A stretch of DNA of 64,000 nucleotides from Eledone cirrhosa (lineage: Eukaryota): positions 8,742,001 through 8,806,000 of the forward strand of contig OZ024748.1 in NCBI GenBank assembly GCA_964016885.1, given 5' to 3'. A model generated the notes under the pieces. It searched no databases. It was given only the letters and a program-made list of their open reading frames with translations, and was not told the DNA's origin. This document shows positions 14,801 to 28,449 of the stretch, piece after piece. The position numbers and the translations under genes are program-made. The stretch's first letter is position 1; every line of letters starts with the position of its first letter.

Positions 14801-15357
14801 AATATAATACATACATATATACACACATATATATGTAAATATAGAGAGATATGGTAAGCACAATAATGAACTTGGTAAGATCTAAGATAAAATGTATGTG
14901 AAATATTTGACGTAGATATGTGGGAAAGCTTTCCTATAATTGTGTTTAGATTAATATTTAAATTTTTCTAGATGGCTATTGAAGCATTTGTAAATATATT
15001 GGTTGTATTGTGGCCAAGGAAGTGAGGAAGCTCCAGATAAAAAGAGGGACCTTCTAATAGAATGAGGAAACCACTAAGCTAACGAGGAAACCGATAAACT
15101 TATAAGATATCCCTTGAGTCAGTAAGGAAGCCCAGGACCCATTGAAGACGCCACTGAGGCAGCAATGAATCGCTTCAGTTAGTAAAGAAGCAACTGAGTA
15201 AGGAAGCAAACGCTTGAACCAGTGAACCATAACAACAACAACTACCTTAGAGACAGTGATACAGTTTTATTTTATATTCTATTTTGGGGTTGGTGGGGAG
15301 AAAGAGCAGTGACCATAGCTGTTTCAGAACATTCATGCCATTTGATACAAAAATGAA

Positions 15358-15399
<42 letters not shown>

Positions 15400-15402
<3 letters not shown>

Positions 15403-15589
15403 AACGAGTAGGACCCCGACGGCTGAGCTCAAGCCGTTTCGACGGCTAATTCTGGACTAAAAAGATTTTTAGTCCAGAATTAGCTGTTAAAACGGCTTGA
15501 GCTCGTTCCTATTACCCACTTTACTACCCTAAGCATTGAGTACTTTGGTGCGTTATGGTCCACCTGGTTCCTTACCACATTTCCTTCGT

Positions 15590-15590
<1 letters not shown>
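15400..15590. mobile_element. Family P1 cassette with inverted 5' duplication, flanked by (TA)n
   Basis: gagctcaagccgtttcgacggctaattctggactaaaa / tttagtccagaattagctgttaaaacggcttgagctc; the minus-strand arm carries the hammerhead 3' half GAAACGGCT-tgagctc-AGCCGTC-gggg. Confidence 0.8.
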
Positions 15591-15620
<30 letters not shown>

Positions 15621-15760
15621 TGTTTAACGAAAGTGTGCACTCTGGTCAGCTGGGTTCCAATTTCAATAATATGAACTTAAGTATCCATTGAGCGAGGAAA
15701 CGGCCGAAGCGAGGTCCTTTCTATTCGACTTGCTTCGTCTCTTATTTTATATAGATAAAT

Positions 15761-15822
<62 letters not shown>

Positions 15823-16057
15823 GCGGACTGGCCAGGTTGGCAGGTTGCCCAGTGGCAGAATTGCAGGGCCCACTGTAGTATTTTAGGGGCCAATGCTTTG
15901 CTTTCAAAAATTACCTGAAGTCTAAGAGAAAGAATAATTCTTTTTTTTAAAATAAATAAAACAATTAAGCAAAGCATTTGGTCAACCAATTCCCAAGGGA
16001 ATTAATCATTTTGTATTGAAATTAAATTTATAAGTATGAATTTTCAGTAGATTTTCG

Positions 16058-16275
16058 TAGCTGTCTCAGTGGCGCAGTGGAAGGTACTACAGACGGTGGA
16101 GATCCTGGTCTTGGGTTCAATCCTGGTCGAGAGCTACATGTAATCTTTTTATTTTACATCTCATAGAAAAAAACTGAAAAAGGTTTACCGGGGACCCTAC
16201 TCCCGTCCAGGATCGAACTTCAGACCATGATCCCCACCGTCTATGGTCCCTCCAACTAGGCCACGGAGACAGCTA
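16058..16275. repeat. Two tRNA-like units in convergent inverted orientation
   Basis: 16058-16133 (+) and 16200-16275 (-) are diverged reverse complements, each with A-box-like (gtggcgcagtgg) and B-box-like (ggttcaatcc / gttcgatcc) motifs; similarity extends into both flanks. Confidence 0.75.
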
Positions 16276-16574
16276 AAAAGGTTTAATGAAAATTGATAAT
16301 TATAAACCTACTTTTAAAATCAAAGTTAAAAAGATGACTTTCCTAGAGCTATTGATCATATTTAGGGTCGACTTGTCAATCTTCTGGCCCTTTGGTAACA
16401 ACCTTATTATTCCTATGTGTGTTTAACAGTTGAATTGATTTAATTTGATTATTTTAACAAACAAATATATATATATATATATAGGATCGATCGACTTTCG
16501 TCAAATCGGACCGAGGAAACAATGTTTTCGTCGGTCTTTCCAGTTGCCAGTACTCTCTATCGGTCGCAACTCCA

Positions 16575-16700
16575 GGTAGAAGGAGCAACGTGGAATAAAG
16601 TGTCTTGCTCAAGGACATAACGCACCACCCGGTCCAGAAATCGAACTGACAGCCTCAAGATTGTGAATCCAATTCTCTAACCACTCAGCCATGCACCTTC
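16575..16700 (-). mobile_element. tRNA-derived SINE family B fragment
   Basis: Minus strand reads tggctgagtggttagag...gttcgatttc...gtccttgagcaagacactt; related copy at 47150-47318. Confidence 0.75.
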
Positions 16701-17504
16701 ACTATATATATATATAGTATGTAGGGTAAAATGGCAACTAACATTAACCTTTACTGATGAAAAGACTTAATACTCATAGTAGAATTAAATTCTACTAAAC
16801 GGGGTTGGCTGTGATTTCAAGATTCACTTCTCAAGAGGCCCTCGAACGACCCGCGTGGCCGTCAATCAAATCCCATCCAGGGGCAATTGGTCAGCTACAG
16901 GAGTAAATATCTGCACTCAAGTTCCTCATAGTAAGATCAAAAACAGAAACAAACGTGGCTTCGAAGCGAATTTATTAACCACAGTCATGCCAGCTCCTAT
17001 TGACACATTCCTTATTCTGGGGTTTTAAAAAGGGGTGTAATTCAATACAAACACAGACACAGACCCATACACACACATACAGGCAGAGACATATGGAGAC
17101 ACTGTCTCTCTCTGTCTGTCTCTCTCTCTCTCTCTGCCCCCCCCTCTCTCTCTATGAGAACGAGTGACTATACATGCGTGTGTTTGTTACATCTTTGTTG
17201 TGTGAGAGTATATGTAATTATAAAGATATTACAGTATAGACGTATGTAAATATATGTAATTAAGTACATGAATGTGTGTATATCGGCGAATGTGTGTGTA
17301 TACGTGTATTCATGTATATATCTGTATTTGATTGTGTATGTGTGTATATCGGCGAATGTGTGTATATGTGTGTATTCATGTATATATCTGTATTTGATTG
17401 TGTATGTGCGTATGTGTTTGTCTATACATGGTCATCTGTATCTACATGTGACTCACACAGAATAATTGTGTTTATGGGTGAAAATGTTTATTGCATATAT
17501 ATAC

Positions 17505-17562
<58 letters not shown>

Positions 17563-17739
17563 TTATATATATATATATATATATATTCTTATATATATAT
17601 ATATTCTTATATATATTTATATATATATATTCTTATATATATTTATATATATATATTCTTATATATATATATATATATTCTTATATATATATATATATAT
17701 TCTTATATATATATATTCTTATATATATATATATATATT

Positions 17740-17786
<47 letters not shown>

Positions 17787-17813
17787 TTATATATATATAT
17801 TCTTATATATATA

Positions 17814-17852
<39 letters not shown>

Positions 17853-18282
17853 TTATATATATGTATATATATAATACATATATATACACATATATATACA
17901 CATATATATATACATATATACACACATATATATACATATATACACACATATATATACACATATATATATACATATATGTACATATAAATATATGCATATA
18001 TATGTATATATATATATATAATATATATATATTAATATGCATATGTATAAATATATATATATATATGTGTGTGTATGCATGTAAGTATGAAAGCGAGATA
18101 ACATTAAATATTTCCAGTTGATTAATTAGCCTCCAATATATCTAAATACTTGCTAATTGTTGTTCTTCCATATTTTCTCCTTGTATTCTTCTCACAACTT
18201 TTTTTTTATCCTCCTCCACCTACTGCTCCACACTACCACTCTCTCTCTCTTACTCTCTCTCTCTCTCTCTCTCGTACACTAC

Positions 18283-18329
<47 letters not shown>

Positions 18330-18466
18330 CTTTACCTTGTCCTCTCGGTTTATGTTTCAGTCTCTCTTTCACCTTTCATTTGTCTCTCTTTCTCTCTCTC
18401 ACTATCTATCTATCTATCTATTTATCTCACTTTCTCCTTCCCTCTTCATCTCAATTTATCTTTCTG

Positions 18467-18535
<69 letters not shown>

Positions 18536-18654
18536 TTTGCCCCTTCTCACTTTCGGTATGTATGTTTGTCTCCCTTAACCCCACCCTCTCTCTCTTTCTT
18601 TACCTCACTCTCTATCTCTCACTCACTCACTCACTATCTCTCTATTTTTTACCC

Positions 18655-19140
18655 CCCCCCTCTATCTCTGCCATTCTCCCTCTCTCTCTATCTCTGCCAT
18701 TCTCCCTCTCTCTCTACCATTCTCCCTCTCTCTCTATCTCTGCCATTCTCCCTCTCTCTCTACCATTCTCCCTCTCTCTCTATCTCTCTCTCTCTCTACC
18801 ATTCTCCCTCGCTCTCTCTGCCATTCTCCCTCTCTATTTGCTGTTTTTACCATTCTCCCCCTCTCTCTCTCTCTGCCATTCTCCGTCTCTATTTGCTGTC
18901 TTTACCATACTCCCCCCTCTCTCTCTCTCTGCCATTCCCCCCCTCTCTCTCTACCATTCTCCATCTCTCTCTCTCTACCATTCTCCCCCTCTCTCTCTCT
19001 CTCTGCCATTCTCCGTCTCTATTTGCTGTCTTTACCATACTCCCCCCTCTCTCTCTCTCTGCCATTCTCCCCCTCTCTCTACCATTCTCCCCCTCTCTCT
19101 CTACCATACTCCCTCTCTATCTTGGTGTCTTTACCATTCC
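18655..19140. repeat. CT-rich minisatellite (ctctctgccattctcc-type units)
   Basis: Repeated ccattctcc core embedded in (CT)n. Confidence 0.9.
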
Positions 19141-19361
19141 CCTCTGTTTTTCTTGTGAAAAGAATTCAACATTAAGGAAGTTATTTCATGTAAGTTAGAA
19201 AAATGATAATTAATGTATAAAAATTATGTTATTGCATCGATCAAACGAATTGATACTGTTGTATTGTTTTTATGTTGTGGTTGTTGTTATTGTTGTTTCT
19301 GCAAGATAACAACTTTTCTCTCCCTGAGCAAAGAATATACATACATATCTACGTACGTATA

Positions 19362-19404
<43 letters not shown>

Positions 19405-19478
19405 TTATACATACAAATATACATACACACCTACACATATTTATATATATATATATATATATATATGTACGTACATAT

Positions 19479-19525
<47 letters not shown>

Positions 19526-19783
19526 TATATGTACGTACATATGTATGTGTATATATATATATATATGTACATATATATATGTACGTACATATGTATGTGT
19601 ATATATATATATATGTACATATATATATATATACGTACATATGTATGTGTATATATATATATATACATACACATACATACATTTATACATACAAATATAC
19701 ATACACACGTACACATATATATATATGTGTACGTACATATGTATGTATATATATATATATACATATATATATATGTACGTACA

Positions 19784-19835
<52 letters not shown>

Positions 19836-20264
19836 GTAAGAAAGACAGAGAGAAGCCTGTGAATGGGGGGATGGGGACCGAGTAAGTAGAAAATTGATGA
19901 GAAAAGAGAGAGGTGGAGGGCAGGTGGAGGGGGAGTGCTGATAAAGAAATTTGTATACACCGTTATAAATAGCAAGATATATTAAAAATTAATTAAGTAA
20001 AGAAAGTGACATATTTATTAATAAAAGCAAGAAGCTTCGAAAGTTTCTGATAAAAAGAACTGCTCATATATTGGCATTGTTTACCACCATGTTTTTCTTG
20101 TTACACTATATCCACGGCTACAGCTGCGGTGAGGAAATTTCAACTTAGAATGTTTATATTATTTAGAGTTTTACACTGGCTTTCAGTCAATAGAGCCATG
20201 TTGGAGAGCACCACCTTCGTACATAATAACGAACAATGGACTTCCCGCCTCGGTTGCACCAGTT

Positions 20265-20428
20265 GTCATTTAAAAAATATATATATTGTTGGACCACTTA
20301 AAGAATGTTCCAGGCGACTTTGGCATCAAATAGGTCAAAGAATCAGTGGATTCTTTGACCTATTTGATGCCAAAGTCGCCTGGAACATTCTTTAAGTGGT
20401 CCAACAATATATATATTTTTTAAATGAC
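20265..20428. repeat. Perfect palindrome, 80-bp arms with 4-nt loop
   Basis: 20265-20344 and 20349-20428 are reverse complements; loop agtg. Confidence 0.95.
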
Positions 20429-20433
20429 TATTT

Positions 20434-20617
20434 AATAATTGTTTCTACTTTAGGCACAAGGCCAGCAATTACCCAGTGCATTACTGGTACTTTATTTTAT
20501 CGACCCCTTAAGGATGAAAGGCAAAGTCAACCTCGGCGGGATTTGAACTCAGAATGACAAGGGCCGTAATTCTATGCGTCAAAGCATGGCGTCCGACCCT
20601 CTACCGATACTGCCAAT
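20434..20617 (-). mobile_element. SINE family A, short subfamily, flanked by an about 150-bp direct duplication
   Basis: Reverse complement of the 632-820 consensus; flank 20212-20439 is repeated at 20619-20774. Confidence 0.9.
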
Positions 20618-21149
20618 GCACCTTTGTACATAATAACGAACAATGGACTTCCCTCCTCGGTTGCACCAGTTGTCCGAACCACTGATTCTTTGACCTATTT
20701 GATGCCAAAGTCGCCTGGAACATTCTTTAAGTGGCCCAACAATATATATATTTTTTAAATGACTATTTAATAATGTTTATAATTATTTTTTTTTAAACAA
20801 AACCTTCCATCAAAATATTTTGTAAGCATCTTTAAGTTATGTTTGAAAATCATACATAGGCAATGTCTTTCATCTACTATACATGCACCTTTGATGAGTG
20901 CACCTGAGTACTGTACTCAATAATTATTATTATATATATTCAGTCAATACTGTCTTCTTAAGTAAAGCAGTAATAATAACTTAATCTATGGTAAAGCTCA
21001 GTATTTTGGGAACCTAGTGACTGTCTGTTTGGCAACAATGCCTCAAAATAGATTTCCTGTGATATTTAATAAGCTGAATTTCCATTAGAATTCGAACGTT
21101 TGGCGTTTCCCTCCACAGCATCATAGCTTTTATAACCTCGCACCACTTC

Positions 21150-21290
21150 TGTGTTCTAGTTCGTTCTGTGAGCCACCCAGGAAACATCCACGTGCTTGTT
21201 CGACTAGATTAAAAGACCAATTAAATCTCCCTTGATTCTTCTACTACCACTTTAAATGCAGAAGGGATGCATTTCGTAGTTTAGTCTTCT
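21150..21290 (+). mobile_element. Old interspersed repeat family C fragment
   Basis: Weak similarity (gactagat...aaatctcccttgattc...ctacc) to 45340-45575, 46545-46737 and 63170-63345. Confidence 0.45.
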
Positions 21291-21425
21291 ATATTTCTCT
21301 TGCATGTTGTGAAATATATATTTCTATATATCGTGATCTCATTCTTTCGTAATTAGAGAGAGAGAGAGAGAGAGAGACAGTCACACACACACACACACAC
21401 ATATGTACATGTAAATACATACATC

Positions 21426-21472
<47 letters not shown>

Positions 21473-22521
21473 GTGGAATGTAATGACCGAATCAGTCAAG
21501 TCACACATAAATATATCATTGACACAAGATAATTTTAATTATTACCGTTTGGATATTGATCCATCGATCCATAGACCCCCCCCCCCCCCCCCCGCCGTTT
21601 ATTTTGGAGAATAGTTTACCTACTTAACTAATTATTTCTACACAAGATTATACATGAAATAATTCATATTTTTAAGAAATATTCCTTCACTACTCCGCTA
21701 CTCCGTGTTATGGAAGTGAATATTGAACAGCAGCAACACACACACACACACACACACAACAAAAAACATAGCACCAATAGATCTGTCAAGAATGTTCATA
21801 TAAACAACCGCTGCTTTTACCCAATACAACTATAACTTTATAGGAAACATATTTCTTCAAGCAACTTCAAATTCTCAACTTTTTTTTTTTTTACGACAAT
21901 ATCTTCTGAAATGTTGTCATTCAAACTCTGTGACGCTTCGGTTTTCAGGCATTCTTCTTATTTTTATCTTTATTTATATTTATATTTATATTTATATTTT
22001 TATTTATTTTCTTTCTGATTTGTTATATGCAAACAAATCTGTTGGCTTTTTAAACTGTATCTCTCCCTCCCCATCCTCCACCACCTCCTCCTCATGGTAA
22101 ACCTCCTAACCTCATCTACCTCCATAACTTTTCAAGCCACCATAATACTTTTACACATATTTTTGCCCACTTTACCAAATCTACTCCTATTCACTGATAT
22201 TCCAACATTTTTTGTTTTGTTTCTTTAATTTGTTTTCTTTTTAACATTCTTAATCTGATGTTTTAGTGTCATCAAATTTTTCAGACCATCTTTCAGATTG
22301 TCATACCATTCTTTCTTTTCTTACCAGTTTCTCAACTTATATGTCACTACCTCTCTCTCTCTCTCCCTCTCTCCCTCTCTCCCTCTCTCCCTCTCTCTCC
22401 CTCTCTCCCTCTCTCTCTCTCTTGTTCTTTCTATTTTCGTTCCCCCACTCTTCCTCCCTCGCACTCCCTCTTTTTCTCTCAGACTATCTCTCTCTCTCTC
22501 TCTTTCTCTTTCGTTTATTCT

Positions 22522-22572
<51 letters not shown>

Positions 22573-22616
22573 TCTCTCTATCTCGTTTGTTCTTTCTTTC
22601 TTTCTTTTTGTCGTTT

Positions 22617-22666
<50 letters not shown>

Positions 22667-23192
22667 ACTTTCTCATTTTCCCTCATTCTCATCCTACAAT
22701 CTCTCTCTCTCTCTCTCAGATATTATGTACATCACCATACAACTCTCTCTCTCTCTCCCTCCAAACTCCCCACATTTCCTCCTACTAACATGTACCTTCC
22801 TCACTTATCCATCATCTGCCTCTCTATATATACGTCACTTTTTACTTTACCCACATTATTTATCTTTTTGGTTTTAGAGAGTTCAGATAAATCTCAAAAC
22901 TACGACTTGGTGATTGCCCTTTGTTTTATTATAATTCTTCACATTTTTTTCTATATCTTATTGAGATTTTCCTTAAACATTCATCAGTTTAGATTTTTAA
23001 CTAATCCGATTAAGTTTTTCACGACTAAAACAACACATTGTTAACTGTATTTTTTTTATTTTACCAAATAGTCACTTTGTTCAATAAATTATCGTTCGTC
23101 TTTCTCTTTGTGTAAATCGAAAATCCAGTTGATTTACAAGTTATTTACATTTTTTTGTGTGTGTATGTGACTGTGTATAAGTTCTGATGTTA

Positions 23193-23286
<94 letters not shown>

Positions 23287-23496
23287 TAATATATATATGC
23301 ATATGCATATATATATGTGTGTGTATGTATGTTTATGTGTACGCTTATGTATGCATACATGTAAGCCATCGAACTTATGTGTTAACTTTATTTACTGATT
23401 CTTAAGTTATGTTTTCAGTGAATACACACGCGCACACACACACACACACAAATATATATATATGTATATATATATATGTGTGTGTGTATATATATA

Positions 23497-23597
<101 letters not shown>

Positions 23598-23776
23598 TAT
23601 GAGATTCTGTAAAATGGAAACTAAACTTAAATTTATAGACATCAATATATTGACATAATAATAGGTTGACATGTGTTCACATATATTCCTACAAATATAC
23701 GAGTATAAGTAACCATACACATATGCACGTGTATATATATATGTATATATATATATATTTATATATAAATATATAT

Positions 23777-23836
<60 letters not shown>

Positions 23837-23855
23837 GAAGTTATACATTTATGTT

Positions 23856-23942
<87 letters not shown>

Positions 23943-24164
23943 GTGTATATATATACATATACGTACGGTGTATTCATTGACTTACATAATATATCCAACG
24001 ATATAAATGTCATATTCATAGATATTTGTAAGTTTTTATTGTAATATTTAGAGGCTGGTAAGATCTGAAAAGTCTTCTGACAAGAAGTAGCAATCAACAT
24101 GTATATATATATATATATATATATATTTTATTTATATATAAAATATAATATACATATATATATA

Positions 24165-24195
<31 letters not shown>

Positions 24196-24215
24196 TATGT
24201 ATGTATGTATTTATA

Positions 24216-24312
<97 letters not shown>

Positions 24313-24654
24313 CTCTGTGTGTAATGTTAGAACTATTATAAGAATGACAAACAAAACAATGTTTTACTCTATATTTTATTCATATTACAAGGTTTGAACT
24401 TCTTTGTAAATGAAGTGAAAAGGAAGGTCTTGGTATTGTTTTTACGTACTGGACTTGGATGAGAAGACCCTAATATGACCAGTTACAAACCTCTTATCAA
24501 CAGTTCTAGGTTATGGGCTGAATATTTACAACAAAAATGAACTTCATGAAGCTAAAAGGTCACATACACACATACTTGTATGTATGTATATATATATATA
24601 TATATATATGAAAAAGAACACAAGAGCGTCTACAACATCAAAAGATTTTTATTG

Positions 24655-24701
24655 GCTAACAATGTTTCTTCCTTACGTGTAACCGTAGGATTCATCAGAG
24701 C
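24655..24701 (-). ncRNA. Minimal type I hammerhead ribozyme motif followed by AATAAA
   Basis: Minus strand: gct-CTGATGA-atcctacg gttaca cgtaaggaa-GAAAC-att-GTT-agc-c-aataaa; lies in a cassette (about 24610-24843) bounded by (TA)n on both sides. Confidence 0.7.
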
Positions 24702-24842
24702 TATAAAAGGGGTTTGATTGGTGTTATGGACTCTACCAACCAAACACCCAAGAACAAAGAGTAAAGAGAGTAAAGAGCAAAAGTAGGGGACGATAAGTCT
24801 AATTTTGGTGCGGGAGGGTGGGGTGTTGGTCCATTTGGACGG

Positions 24843-24905
<63 letters not shown>

Positions 24906-24962
24906 GAGGAGGAGGAGGAGTGGGAACGAGGTGTCAAAGTATCATCATTAAACTAATTCAGG

Positions 24963-25018
24963 AGTGACGCAAGTTTCGCGGTTGAACAGCTCAATTTACG
25001 TTCCGTATCGATCAGACT
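24963..25018 (-). ncRNA. Degenerate hammerhead ribozyme motif
   Basis: Minus strand: agt-CTGATcGA-...-GAAAC-ttgc-GTC-act; one extra base in the CUGANGA box. Confidence 0.5.
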
Positions 25019-25068
25019 TGACTCTGGAATCAATACCTAGGTTACCTTAATCAGAAGCTAGGTTACCT

Positions 25069-25191
<123 letters not shown>

Positions 25192-27032
25192 GTGTATAAT
25201 TTAAACTGAAACTTCTCACCTGCTGCTGATCAAGTTTCAGAAATATGGTATCCTATACATTATTTATTCATATATATATATATATATATATATACATATC
25301 AGCACACGTAGAAAACATAACCATACACACAAACGCTCACACATATATACATATAGCTAGATATATATTTATTACATTATGTTTCAAATTTAACTTTTAT
25401 ATACGTCGAATGTTAAAAATCTTTAAATGCAATATATGTTTAAATCTTTACATTTAACATATATTTAGTTCGCTTCATTGATAGTTATCTGGAATCAGAT
25501 GAGCTTTTAAGTTTTCTCATGCATACATAAGTTTGAAATTCATTGAATGAGCTGCTACTACAAGATCAGATCGTTTCCAATCTCATACTTTGAATTCCAC
25601 ACTTCCAATCTTGTAGTTTGTTTTTTAAAAGACGAATTTACAAGAAATCAAAATAAACATAATTTTCCTCTAACATCTGTGATAATAGAAGCTAACCTGG
25701 GCAGGAAGAAGATGTTAAAATATTTTGCCCCCTCTTCACTTGTTTCTGATTCGTTAGAGATCTCAAATAACCAATCTAGCAATCGAACACGAAAAAGAAA
25801 GTAAGAAAAAAAATAAAGAACCAAACAACAACAACAAAAAAGCGCTATGTATGCAGATGATATCTTTATAAAGTATTATCACTTCTTTGCTACCTGTATA
25901 ACATTTCATGTCCCTACCTTCTAGAGCTGATTGACATAAATTGATTTTTTTCCCTTTATTAATCAAATTTACCTTATCAAACACCAATATAACTAAATCT
26001 AATTTTTTCCTCAATATTTGGGATTTTATTTTGTATCATATTTTATTAAATTTCTCTTTCAATTAATTCGTTTTTAATTTATTTTTACATTATCTTTCTC
26101 TCTGGCTTCCACTCTCCGCCGTTGGTATTACCTCTTCTTTTCTTTAGCTTTCCTTTCAGTTATCAAGCAGAATTCTTCATCGAATAAATTGCCTAGTAAT
26201 TAAATTGATGAATGCAAAATTTTGTTATCTACATCGATAATTAGTAATTTTCAATGAAATAATTGAAACTTGTTTGAAAACCCCTTCCCAACCTTCTCAA
26301 GTTCGCAAGCTGCTTGTTTCTTCCGATCTATTCATACGATATAGCATAGAAATCATGAAGATACTAAAAATGTTGCTGTTTTTATTAAAGTAGCAACAGA
26401 TACATCTCTTTCTATTTTATAGAGGTTTATCTTAATTCAGTCAACAAACAGAACTACCTTCAGACTGCAATGTTATTATTATTATCATTATTATTACTTT
26501 CTACATGTGCAACTCTCTTGCGGAAGGTTTCGTTCCGTCTCTAATCATATTCTCATAAAAGGGACAGAATATTTCAATTGTTGAATTAACTCTCGGTCTT
26601 CATCATATTTGTTCACCTTTTGTTTAGATATAACTTCATAAAACCAAGTATTTATATATATATAAATATATTTTCTATGTGCAATAGATGTGTGGTCATA
26701 TTTAATAAAGTGTATTGAGATTGTAGTTCTTTCTTGAAATGTCGTCTTTGCCTTTGAAATGACATTCTATATACACACAATATGTTGAAGTAATTGTGTT
26801 GAAATGCTGGCTATTGAATAACGTGCAGGAGTTCTCTATACATTTTAGATATAATAATAATAATAATAATAATAATAGTAATAATAAAAGAAACATTGGT
26901 GTTTAATATAAAAATGCAGGATAGGGTCGATTGACAAATACTAAAGACATGATTAATATAGAGACGACATCCACTATATTATATATATATTGTTGTAATA
27001 TTTATCAAGCTGACTCTCTCTCCCTCCTCTCG

Positions 27033-27086
<54 letters not shown>

Positions 27087-27373
27087 GGGTGGTAAATTTA
27101 TATTTGAATACATATGTATATGTATGGATATGAGTTTGCAATGTTTATATAATTTTCATCCTCCTATATATATATGTATGTGTGTGTGTGTGTGTGTGTG
27201 TGTATACATACGTAGTTTAAAATAAATATACATTTACCGTCCAGTCGGACTGAAACCACCCCGCACCAGAAATATATTTTAAATTCAGTTATAGAGACAT
27301 TACGTTCAGTCTCATGTACATATATTGATGTGATTTGTATAGAGTTTATTAAGTTATCTATCTATAAAAAAGT

Positions 27374-27410
<37 letters not shown>

Positions 27411-27476
27411 CATGGTTTGATCGGCATGTAACTCTGAGCACTTGAACAGCTATTATATTTTGTTGGTTTACACACA

Positions 27477-27559
<83 letters not shown>

Positions 27560-27615
27560 CCAAGGAGCTATAAAAGCTGTTCCAGCGCTCAGATTCCCAT
27601 GCCGATCAAACCATG
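27411..27615. repeat. Diverged inverted repeat (about 47-bp arms) around (TA)n(GT)n
   Basis: catggtttgatcggcatg...ctgagc...gaacagct versus agctgttc...gctcag...catgccgatcaaaccatg. Confidence 0.85.
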
Positions 27616-27876
27616 ATATATGCATTGACACGAAACGACTAAACTTTGCGCTCTTGAGTCACTGTGGCTCCATCTATATAATAAATACATAACTCTGTTT
27701 TATTTGTTAAGTTCCATTATTCTTGCTTTTAAAAACCAAACATATCTCCCTGTCTATTTATATACAACTTTAATTATTTCGAATGTTAACTCAAATTTAA
27801 CTGCCTTAAGACAGGCTTCTTATTATGAAAAATAGTCGAATTATTTGGTCACATGAGCTCCTAAAGACGGAAGAAA

Positions 27877-28095
27877 GTGAAAAGCATCAACGATGGGAAC
27901 TTGAACACACACCTGCCATATGAAAGACGTCTACGCTCTACCGATTACACTATAGTTGGTTGACAAGGTGTCCCGTCAGTTTAAGCCTTACCTATCTGCC
28001 AGTGGATGTAAATAAACAATCCGATATTTTTTTAATTAATGAAAATGTTGTGCCAGTGTCAGGTGCGAGTTCGAGCCTTACAAGCGATGCTTTAC
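27877..28095. repeat. tRNA-like remnant (-) with a partial inverted partner (+)
   Basis: Minus strand tagtgtaatcggtagagcg...caggtgtgtgttcaagttccc...gatgcttttcac; plus strand 28057-28095 caggtgcgagttcgagcc...gatgctttac. Confidence 0.5.
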
Positions 28096-28399
28096 TATTC
28101 TGATTCTAGAGGTTTCAATGCCCAACAATTTCATTGTCAAAACCTGCGTAATTGCAGCTAACTTTGGGGCTGATATACATTCAAAATTCATACGATTGTT
28201 TATATATATATATATATAATGTGTGTGTGTAACGAAAGATGTGGGTTCGACTCCCATGTGTGTCAATACTCATCCTTTTCTATTTAGAGGGCTTTAAACC
28301 TCACTATCAGGTTAATTTTCTTTACTCAAAATACGGCGAAAGTTTCTATCTCTAACTCAATTTCAAACTTCGCTGTCTTCAAAACAAAAAACGCTTGCT

Positions 28400-28449
<50 letters not shown>

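Noticed and set aside
15020-15225. Loose purine-rich periodicity (gaggaagc/gtaaggaagc)
   Set aside because: Looks like a decayed minisatellite; units are too diverged to define.
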